Source of the DNA: Octopus sinensis
Taxonomy: Eukaryota
DNA length: 64,000 nucleotides
Assembly: GCF_006345805.1 (NCBI RefSeq)
Contig: NC_043005.1
Coordinates: 43,090,001 to 43,154,000 of the forward strand
Direction of reading: 5' to 3'
Both the position numbers and the translations under genes were made by a program. Below are positions 53,055-64,000 of this stretch, piece after piece. How positions within the stretch are numbered: position 1 is the first letter of the stretch; the number at the start of each line of letters is the position of its first letter. The notes beneath the pieces are model-generated. The model saw nothing but the letters and a program-made list of their open reading frames with translations. It ran no database searches and had not been told where the DNA came from.

Positions 53055-54660
53055 ATATGGCTAAATGACTATGTCTTTGAGTCTATACTGGTTCTTCCCT
53101 TGTCTTTTTTTTTTTTTCCTTTCCTTGCTTTAACTTCGTGTTGATTGACTTGCCACTAATAAAACATAGAGTACCGGCTGTCGTTAAATATCCTTAAAAT
53201 GACAATAACATTCCAACACACACAACACAAGACTGACCACCACACCAACCTTTTACAACATAACTGGACAATGGAAGAGCTCTCTGTTGGCTAGCTCATT
53301 TGTACTTAGTTATCCGAGTGTTTGTTGCTTGTTAGTAGTTGGTTCTACCTGTCATGATGGTCTTCGACTTATGCAGTAGAAGTGTATGTACGGCATGATG
53401 TGAGGCTGCATGTGTTGGAGAAGCGAGACGAAGGCGCAATCCTCTTAACTTACTTCACTTGTTTTTCTTCTACACACACACACACACACACATACATACA
53501 CATATATAGATAGGCGTATATAGACTTTTTTTTTTTTTGTTACACGCATACATCTTATTGCTTCGGTCTTTATATAATTATTACTGTTGTTATTATTTTA
53601 TCTGCTATTGTGCTTTTGTGTATATGTATTTCATTCACATGGTACCGATTGTAAAACTTGTGCCTACCATTGAACAAATGCTATACTACTACTACTACTA
53701 CTACCACTGCTGCTGCTGTTGTTGTTTTTCTTCTTTTTCATTGTCTGTCTGTGACTGTCTGAAACATACACGCACTCATTCACATGCAGACATTGTCCCC
53801 ACACACACACATACACAGCGCTGGGCCACTGCTGAAAGTAATAATAACTAGTGATACAAGCAAGCAACTGGTGTGTTAGACAGATGGACATCTCAAGTCT
53901 GTTTAGATATCATTAGCATTACCAGTCTATAATAATGTTATTGCGTGATCCATTCACATTTTGCTTTATTGATATTAACACTGTTTTCTCTTCCGGGGAC
54001 ATAGAAACCAGTCAGTTTTTTTTTTTTTTTTTTTCATTTTGTAATTGTCATTTTTTGAATTTAAAAAAAAAAATTATTTTACAGACTTTGAAAGGAAGCA
54101 AAAATATAAATTGGCATAAACTATTTGATGTTTTTCTATAATTCTTAACTTTCAAGAATTTGTTATATAATTTTGGAACATATTTAGTGCATGCTGTCTT
54201 ATTTATATACTTCTGTCTTGGAATAATTTAATTTTGACTATTAAAAATGTCTTTTATAAACTGGATATTTTAGGTCACTCCATAGAACTTATTCAATAAT
54301 AATTCTGATGATTATGTAAAATGGTCATCTGTAAGCTTACCACTGCTTCAATTTATGTTGCAGCTGTCCAAGTTGACTGTTAGCTTTATCAGGTGATGAT
54401 TTGATGGTTCATATTCCATGAACAACACTATGATATAATCGACAGAAAACAACACTTTAAATAACTCTTGCTAGATGAGGCTCCTTAAAGATATTAGAAG
54501 ACAGCAGGTTAGGGTTAGGCCTTCTTTAGTGTATCTTTGTCTGACTAAAATCTTACAGCAATATCTTGCCCCAACAGCAATCCAGTGGCTTACATCAGAG
54601 GTTCTCAGACAATACCAGTCTTTCTGCAAAATAAAAACTAACTAAATAAATAAAAATACA

Positions 54661-55320
54661 TAGGTGCAGGCATGGTTGGTTGCGTGGTAAGAAGCTGGCA
54701 GAATTGTTAGCATGCCGGGCGGAACGGTTAGTGGTATTTCATCTGCCGCTACGTTCTGAGTTCAAATTCCGCAGAGATCGACTTTGCTTTTCAGCCTTTT
54801 GGGGTCGATTTAATAAGTACCAGTTACGCACTGCGGTGGATATAATCGACTTAATCCGTGTGTCTGTCCTTGTTTGTCCCCTCTGTGTTTAGCCCCTTGT
54901 GGGTAGTAAAGAAATAGGTATTTCATCTGCCGCTACGTTCTGAGTTCAAATTTTGCTGAGGTCGACTTTGCTTTTCATCCTTTCGGGGTCAATTAGATAA
55001 GTACCAGTTACACACAGGGGTCGATATAATCGACTTAATCCGTTTGTCTGTCCTTGTTTGTCCCCTCTGTGTGTAGCCCCTTGTGGGTAGTAAAAAAAAT
55101 AAGAAGCTTCTGTGTGTGTGTTTGTGTCTTGGAAATTGGTGTTGGTGTGCTTGCACCCCATGACTTAGCAGTTTGGCAAAAGAGATTGGTGGAATAAGTA
55201 CCAGGCTTCAAAGAAAGAGAAAATAAGTAACGTGGTCTATTCATTCAACTAAAAATTCTTCATGGCACTGCCCCGGCATGGCCACAGTCTAATGACAGAA
55301 ACCAGTAAGAAATTATAGAA
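54661..55320 (+). mobile_element. Partly duplicated SINE B (54697-54917 plus 54918-55099) nested in a SINE A
   Basis: A family A head start precedes the B copies and an A core and tail follow them. taagaagct flanks the insert at 54688-54696 and 55100-55108. Confidence 0.8.
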
Positions 55321-56725
55321 AAAGATACAAGATTAATGGAACTAGTTTTATCTCCTCTCTTTGTTAACGAGAAGACAAACTAGAGCTTAGATTCATTAAC
55401 CAAATTTGATGGTATGTAAGACCCACTTTCTTTCCAAGAAACTGTCTCGAGAAATCAACTTGGTCCTATTTGGGAAGTTTGGGCTTATATTACTTTACTT
55501 CAATGCTCCAAAAACAACTTCTTACCTGCATGTGCGTTGCTGAAATTGGGGTGCATCTAATACCCCTGTGCTGTCTTTTATGCCATCGAATATTGTCATT
55601 CTTCTTTCTTTCACCATGATGTTGGACAGGTTTAAAAAGTTTAAAGCCATCTTCATTTTTACAAACATGGCTATTTCTCTACCCCCTTTTTTTTTTTTTC
55701 AATTTTCCTTGACTACTTCCAGTAAGGGCTTGCACTACAGCCCTACTTATGAGAAGCACTGTTATGGGACAAAACAGCAGTGTTTCCTTTAATTCCGTTT
55801 TCGGTCTGCCACCCGTTTGTTCAATGATAACTTCATATTATCAACATCTATCTTAATTCTAATTTTTAAAGTGATGAATATCAGAAAACCATATACATTT
55901 TCATTGATGTTTTCTTATGTTGTTTTTATTATTTTTTTATTTATTTCATTTTGCAATCGACATTCTTTAAGTTTTTTTCTATTAGGAATGAAATCTCAAC
56001 AAGCTGCTCCCCCACCCTTTCCCCCACCTCCATCTTCCATCACCCACCTTATTTTAGAATTTTAGAATGAGTGCAGTGTTTGTCTAAGTAATCTTGATAT
56101 CTTTAAAATATGTTATCAAGTCCAAAGATGTCTTTCACTATATTGTGTTTCTTAGAATCATGCTTTCCCTAAGTTATAAAGAAAATACTTTCCTTATATT
56201 TCCTAATATATTTTTTTTTACATTTGTTTCCTTTTTCTTTTTTTTACACTGGGATTTGTCTGTTAAAATTCTACTTAAAAAAAAAATCTTTCTTAAACTC
56301 TCTTAAGCATCATATCAGCTTTTAAATTTATGTTGAGTGTCTATGAAATTCTCATTTTTGCCTTTATCTATTCATCATTCCATTTCTAACCATTAATATT
56401 TAAAGCCATTTCTTTTCCTCACCTTTCAACTCCCCTCACCTCTATCTTTTCAACCACTTGCATTCCAAACTGCTTTTGAATTGTATTCCAGAGAATTTTC
56501 TTCAATGCTAATTTTAGTGTGTTGTAAAAATTGCAAAGTAATATGAATGGTGTAAGGAGGATGGTTTATAAGTGATAAGGTTTACTTTGAAAGGGACATG
56601 GAACTTGATTTATTTATTTTTTCTAATCGTTTATATTCTTCTCCCAAACCATTTCCTCAATGTTTTTCTTTTTAACTCAATCAATATCTGCATTGATATA
56701 TATATATATATGTGTGTATGTATAC

Positions 56726-56792
<67 letters not shown>

Positions 56793-56993
56793 CATGTATG
56801 TACAAGTGTGACTTACAAACGGGGAAAGTGAACTCAGTACATGGAGCAGAGTATGTATAATATTTCTTATTAACTGAGAGTTTCATGCTAAAGCACTTCA
56901 AACTATATATATATAATGATGATGAAATATGTTTACATGTGTATAGTATTTTTGTACATATTTGTGTATATATGTATATAAGTGTGTATCTAT

Positions 56994-57026
<33 letters not shown>

Positions 57027-57749
57027 GTGTAAATGCATGTACATATGTGTAGGTATATATGTGCATATGCATGTGAATATGTGTCTATATACATGTGTAT
57101 ATATGTATATCTATCTGTGTGTGTATGATTATATGCGTATGTATGTATATGTGTGTGTACAAATATGTAAATGGATCTGAACATTATTGAAGACTGTAGC
57201 TAAAAATGCTCTGACTTCCATGTGACGTAAGATTTTTCTCCTTTAATCTTATTTTTAATATTTATTTTTAATTTTGATAAAGTGTGTCAAAATTTTGTTA
57301 GATCAGAAACTTTAATATCCAGATTGTTGACATTACACACACACACACACACACAATATATATTTAGTGTGTTTGTGTTGTGTATGGCCATACATATTTA
57401 TATTTGTAAGTGTGTATGTGTGTGTGTGTGTGAATATATAATCTCTTTTAGTCATTGCTAAACATGGAATCGATCTTCTATCGTATCTAGGATAGAGAAT
57501 TGATAAAAATCTAAAGTGTATGCGTGACTGAATTTAGTTACTTGCTTTTGATATTCCAAGTTCAAACTGAGTTTACGGTACATCTATTCCAGGTAGCTGA
57601 AATGTGTATTAAGCGAGAACCAGTAATATACTTTGGTCTACTAAAATAATGCATTCCTTGCAAAATCAGTCCCTTTTATTTTGGTTAGATGAAAAAAATC
57701 TCTTCTTTTCCTTTTTTTTTTTTGTTAGTGTAAGTCTTAATCTGCTGAC

Positions 57750-57950
57750 TGGCAGACTTGTTTGCATGCCGGACAAAATGCTTAGCATCCCTTTTTCTGG
57801 TTCTTTACATTCTGAGTTCAAATTCTGCCAAGGCCAACTTTGTCTTTCATCTTTTTCTGGATCAATGAAATAAGTACCAATTGAACAATGGGGTCAATGT
57901 AATCAACTAAGTACCCCTCCCCTCAAAATTTCATCCTTGTGGTTGTAGTT
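57750..57950 (+). mobile_element. SINE family B2, decayed
   Basis: catgccggacaaaatgcttagc..ttctgagttcaaattctgcc..aataagtacc..ggggtcaatgtaatc. Confidence 0.75.
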
Positions 57951-58094
57951 ATAAAGGGTTATTTATCTTAAGTCTAATCAATAGATTTGTTTGATTTCAT
58001 TTGTATTGATTGGTAGTCGGTGGATAATAAATATTTCTGTTGTATTTTGTCCGGGGAATTGGAAATTGTTTTATCCATGTCTTCTTTTATTCTC

Positions 58095-58495
58095 TTATCT
58101 TTTGCTTGTTTTAGTCATTAGACTGTGGCCATGCTAGGGCACAGCCTTGAAGAACTTTTAGTCGAACAAATCAACCTGAGTACTTATTTGTTTTTAAGCC
58201 TGGTACTTATTCTATCGGACTCCTTTGCCAAACTGCTTAAGTTACAGGGATGTAAGCACACCAACATTGGTTGTCAAGCAGTGGGTGGGGGTGGGGGACA
58301 AAGACACTCAGACACACACATAGATAAATATATGCATACATAAATGATGGGCTTCTTCTAGTGTCTGTTTAACAAATCCATTCACAAGGCTTTGATCAAC
58401 CTGAGGTTATAGTAAAAGACAAGGTGCCATGCAGTGAGTGGGACAGAATCTGGAAACATGTGGCTGGGAAGCAAATTTCTTACCACACAGCCACA
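58095..58495 (-). mobile_element. SINE family A, full length
   Basis: Reverse complement shows the standard layout. Confidence 0.82.
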
Positions 58496-58612
58496 GAGGT
58501 TTAAAAGATGTAACTAAAGTAAATTTACTTTGAAAGTCAAATTTAGATTTGTAACACACCTTACTGAGCGCCTGCCTTCCTCTTGACACACTTCTTGTAT
58601 CATTATTAAATA

Positions 58613-59013
58613 CTAGCAGTATCACCCGGCATTGCTCGGGTTTGTTTCGACCCTTTAGAATTGGAAGTTTTGAAAAGTAAAAATTTTGCATTATGTAGCT
58701 TGTTATTCTCTTTAAGTGAGCATTTTTCTGGTTGAAATACACCGCAAAATGGTGACACAGCAGTCAAAAAATTGCTTTTTCATAGAAAAAAGGGATTTTC
58801 ATAGAAAAAAAGCACATTTTTGATGTAAATAATTTTTGGTGTAAACATGGTCCGATTTGAATTTTTTTCTTCTATGGAAGGAAGAGCAAGCCTTCTTCTA
58901 TCATACACTCAATTTTGGTCAACTTGCGCCGCAGGGTATCGGAGGAGATAGTGTTAGTTGAAGGCTACCAAACCAACTATACAGAGACAACTTCAGCTTT
59001 ATATATAGAGAGA
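58613..59013 (-). mobile_element. Non-autonomous Helitron (~400 bp)
   Basis: The minus strand reads A|TCTCTCTATATAT...cccgagcaatgccggg-tgatactg-CTAG|T: 5' TC, a GC hairpin (58625-58640) just before the 3' CTAG, insertion between A and T, and no TSD. Confidence 0.8.
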
Positions 59014-60694
59014 TTTGACAAACAGTCTCCAATATAGTTATTAAGCTGATATTCATTTAGACTTGCAAACTCTTACCCTCATAAAAATTTCTTTTTCTGG
59101 GCAAGTGGGGTCTTTAGAGATTTTACAAGGAAATTGTCTCTTGGTTGAGAATGGCTTTATCATTATAGTACTAGTTCCGGTTTATGGTTAAGAAGTTTGT
59201 TGTGCCAACAACATGGTTGTAGGTTCAGTCTTACTGCAAGGCACTTTGGATAAGTGTCTTCAGCTTTGGTCCTGAGCCAACCAAAGAGCTGTAATTGGAT
59301 TTAGTAGACAGAAACTGAAAGAAGCCCATTCTAAGAATGTATGTATATATACTTCTGGTCACTTCAGCAATGTTACTACATCGGTGCTGTTGTCAATTTC
59401 TTTTCATTCTGTGTCTTTCCCCTTTCTTACTTCCAATGAAGAGCTATGCTTGAAATGTCAGAGACCCTCTCTTTTTATTGACCATCAAACTAATACATTC
59501 CTTGTGCTTGTTTTCTTGTTGTCTGTTATTGTTAATTTCATTGTTCATTTATTTGAATTGACTATATATATATATATATATATGAATGTATGTATATATG
59601 TACATATGTATGTAAGAATGTATGGACATATGTTTGTATATATATATGTTTGTGTGTATTTGCCTATATGTGTGTGTGTATCTATTATTTTCTTGCCTTG
59701 ACATCAATGATGTCTGGTCAGTGGGGAAATATTACCTTATTAGAGAAACAGGTGAGGGTTGGGGACAGGGAGGGCATCCGACCATGGAAAAAATCCACCT
59801 AAAAAAATTTTGCCTGACCCATGTGAGCAAGGAAAAGTGGCTGTTTAACCTATGATGATGATGATGATGTCATAAAAGTAATTAAGTTAATATTGTTTTA
59901 GACTTGCAACTCTTGACCTAGTAGAAATATCTACTCTCTGTGTGTATGTGTGTGTGTGTGTGTGTGTGCAGGTAGGGGATGGTGGTGGTGATGAAATTTT
60001 GGGATTCTGCAAGGGAGTTGTTTCTAGGTTGTAAAATGTTTTATCATTATTCTCATTGTTTTCACTAGATTTATTTTTCCTTAATGTTGATTTTTTTTGT
60101 TTTTTAAGGATGTAGATGCTAAAATTAATGCAAGGTTGTTTAATGTTATGCAATAAATTATGATGTAGACAAGACTACTATTTTTGTTATACGTGGAACT
60201 GGGGGAAATCGCATTGAAGTGAGGTGAGGAACTAAGAAGTAAGGGAATATGGCCAAAAAAAAAAAGAAAAATTGTGGAGAGTCAGTGTTTTACACCTCTC
60301 ATTGCGGTTCTGTAACACTGGCAGACGTGTATACAATGTAAACAGTCGTACATATACGCAGGTGTGTTGGTTGAACGAAATTACTAATGATGAAATATAT
60401 GTGGGTGAATATCAAAGTAGGTTATGAGTGTGTGCATAGTTATACACATACACACACACACACACACAGACTTGTAGTAAGGGGAAATGAAGTCATAGAA
60501 AATCTAATTACGAGCACAGTCTTTTGTTTCTTCAGAGTTTATTGTCTCTATGTATCTGATCCATTTTTTTTAAAACTGTGTTGAATTTGTGAAGGGTACG
60601 GAGTCGTTATGTAGTCTCTGGACTTGCTAGAAATAATTGCAAAATCTCACCCGAATCACTCCCTACCATCAAAGGAGAAGAAAAAAAAAAAGAA

Positions 60695-61100
60695 AAAGGC
60701 ATGGCTGTGTGGTAAGAAGCTTGCTTCCCAACCACATGGTTCTAGGTTCAGTCCCACTATGTGAGACATTGGGGCAAGTGTCTTTTAATATAGCCTTGGG
60801 CCAATCAAAGCACTAAGAGTGGATTTGGTTGAAGGAAATTAAAAGAAGTCCATCCTATATATGCGTGTGTCTGTGTCTGTCCACCACCACTGCTTGACAA
60901 ACAATGTTGGTGTGTTTATGTCTACATAACTTTGCAGTTTGACAAACGAGACTAACAGAATTAGTACCAGGCGTAAGAAGAATAAGTACTAAGTACTGGG
61001 GGTCAATCCATTCAACAAAGTATTCTTCAAGGCAGTGCCCCAACATGGTCGCGGTCTAATGACAGGAACAAGTAAAAGATAGAAGATAAAATGAAAATAA
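60695..61100 (+). mobile_element. SINE family A, full length
   Basis: Standard head, core and tail. Confidence 0.85.
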
Positions 61101-63180
61101 AAGGCACATATTTTCATGTAATCCAAAATTCAGTGTACCTGAAAAATAAGATGGGATGGTCATAATCAGAATGGCTTTGCTTGTAATTGTTTTTCTCATC
61201 TCGATCTGGGGCTAAAAAAACAACCCTTCAGATGTACTTTATGGTCAGTGAGTGTGTGTGTGTATATTTTTCTATTTTTAATATGTATGTATAAGGGTGT
61301 GCATATACTCTGGCTTCTCTGCACTGCAGAATGTTAGGTGAGCTGGATTTAGAGTTGTTTGAAAGATGTTGATATATTTTTGGATACAATAGCCTGTATG
61401 TAGATTGACATACTTCTGGGAAGTCGTTTTATTATGACTTTCTAGAGAAGATAAACCCTAACATTAATATAGAAAAATGATGCTTATTTTGCAACTGTTT
61501 AAAGAGAGGTATAAGTTGTTGTCTTATTGAGCTGTCTTATATTAAGTAAAATTCCCTACTAATTGTATGTATGTTTGGATAAGTACTATAGTCGTGTTTA
61601 TACTATTTCACACATATGGTTATGCACACACACATACACATCTAAGTATAGTGACTTAGAGCAAGCATTCGAGACGCTGTATTGCATGTATTTTCTTTTT
61701 ACCCTTTCCGACATTCAAAAGCAGATGTGAGGGTGATGGTTATAGTATTTATAATGGTGAGTCACTAAAAGACGATGATGAAAAACGTGGATTGTTTTGA
61801 GAGTAAGGGACACGTGTTCATTTAATAAATAGGATTTTTGGTTTAAATTTTCTCTACTCCTAGGCTTTTGAAACTGCTAGAAGTTTTATAAATATACTTA
61901 ATATATCAATATATAATTCATTGATATGAATTTATTTACTATCAGCCCAAATAGCACAAATGATATTGCTTTGAATAAATATCAGTTTCTGTGAGTTTGC
62001 ACTTTGTTGACCTATTTAGTATTGCACACTTGCTATTATTCTTAGAAAGACAAAAGAGAGAGGTGGAGTACTGCCTTTGCTCTGCCTAACCCTGCCTAAA
62101 CTATGCAACTTTAGAGTAACAGCAAGACTTGGCAGAAAGCATTGGACTTTAGTTTGTAAGGGTAAGTCAGGATCGCATGTGGGGCTCTTTGAACCACCCT
62201 GTATTGTTGCTCTACAATACCAGTGAGACTTTCTTTACATTGTCACCTAACTTAATAATCCTTACTTTTCATCTCTGTGGAATGGTTAAAATTCATTTAT
62301 AGATTTGGAGCCCTTTACTCTCTCTCTCTCTCTCTCTCCCCGTTTCATTATACAAGTGATCAAACCTTACCAACTTTACCTTTCATCTTTAGCAGCATTC
62401 TGCCTGGCTTTATGTTTTTATATATTATTGTGGTGCACCTGAGCAATGTATACAATAATTTCATTATTATTATTTAATATATATATATATATATACAGAG
62501 AGGGAGACAGAGAGAAAGATTCAACACATCGCATACATATTTCAGGTTACCAAAGAAAAAAAAGAGTACTCTATGTATGAAGAGTTTACTTATTTGCAAC
62601 CAGCTGACAGCTCACTCCATCACTTCTCAGTTTCTTACCTGTGATCATTTAAGCAACAAATAATGAATGAAGCGGCTTGATTTTATGTGTGTGTGTGTGT
62701 GTGTGTGTATATGCGTGTGTTCTTTGTGTGTACCTTTGTCTTAACAATCACTGTTGGTAATAAACATCGCCACCTGCCTCAGCAGTTTCTGTCTCACCCA
62801 TGCAAGCACGGAACAGTGTATGACAAATGATGATGGTGAAGATGATATACTTGGGTATCTCTGTGTGTTTGTCTTGATGCAATGTGTTGATTGTAAACAC
62901 TCCCTATTCATACAAAACAATGTCATTTGTTGGGCCATGTTCTGTGAATGAAAACACATCTGGCCATTAATCTGTTTGTATTCAAAAGACTGGGCTAGAA
63001 ATATTACTTTGCTTAGTTGGTGATAGGAAGTGCATCAGACCAAAGGAAACTTCCCTCAACAAATTTAGTCTCACATGTACACGCACCAAAAAGTAACCCT
63101 TAAAGGGATGATACTGATATACATGTATGCATGCATCTATCCATCCATACATACATATATAAATACATACATATGTGTAC

Positions 63181-63218
<38 letters not shown>

Positions 63219-63297
63219 CTTCTTATCTATCTATCTATCTCTATATATATACATATATCTATCTATCTATATATATATATATTATATATATATATAT

Positions 63298-63336
<39 letters not shown>

Positions 63337-63443
63337 TGTATGCATGTATATATATATATTTATGCATGCATAAACGTGTGTGTGTATGCATGTATACATA
63401 TATATATATATATGTATGTATATATATATATAATATATATATA

Positions 63444-63755
63444 TATATTGTATAAATCATGTGTAAGGCCAAAGCAATGTGAAGTAAATGATGGAATGTA
63501 AATCAGCAGAGAACAAATATGTGAATTAACATAGACTTACCTTACATTTTGGGGTTATGAACCCATTTTCAAGAAATTGACGAATGCTGCCAACAACATC
63601 ACCAACGTTCGTCAATTTCTTGAAAATGGGTTCATAACCCCAAAATATTGAATACAATGTAAATCTAAATTAATTCACGTATTTGTTTTCTTGTGAATTA
63701 CCTTGCATTTACTTCGCATTGTTTTGGTCTTACCCACAATCTTTTATACAATATA
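63444..63755. repeat. Foldback hairpin with a perfect 39-bp inner stem, flanked by (TA)n
   Basis: 63546-63584 is the exact reverse complement of 63608-63646 (23-nt loop). The outer arms match imperfectly. Confidence 0.88.
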
Positions 63756-64000
63756 TTCTACACAATGCCTCATTGTAATTATTCCACTATATATATATAC
63801 ACATATATATAAATAAAATATTTATATGTATATGTGCATGTATAAATAGATATATATATATATGTGTATATATATACTTATTGCATTAGAAAGGTAACTG
63901 CTTTCTAGTTTTACTGTTTTTATTTATCAGTCTGTTACATTGGTCCTACAAATTTGACCCTTTCATGCTAGTTTGCCGTCATGCATTCTCAAAAGGCATT

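Overview
AT-rich, repeat-dominated eukaryotic DNA that looks intronic or intergenic. The tRNA-derived SINE families and the very high (TA)n/(CA)n/(GATA)n load point to an octopus (coleoid cephalopod) genome; this is an inference from repeat content. No protein-coding gene could be identified, and nearly all supplied ORFs are translations of microsatellites. The window holds many SINE copies from about six families, three clear decayed LINE remnants (two CR1-like, one RTE-like) and one doubtful one, MITEs of piggyBac, hAT and Tc1/mariner type, a non-autonomous Helitron, a 100-N gap and a ~660-bp tandem duplication. The most notable signal is a set of hammerhead ribozyme (HHR) motifs of the minimal type known from Penelope-like elements. 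Two lie in opposite orientation as the arms of a ~450-bp palindrome (14010-14463), one lies in a short fragment nested in a SINE (28851-28922), and a probably decayed one lies in another hairpin (63444-63755). All coordinates and pairings were read by eye; nothing was computed or searched.
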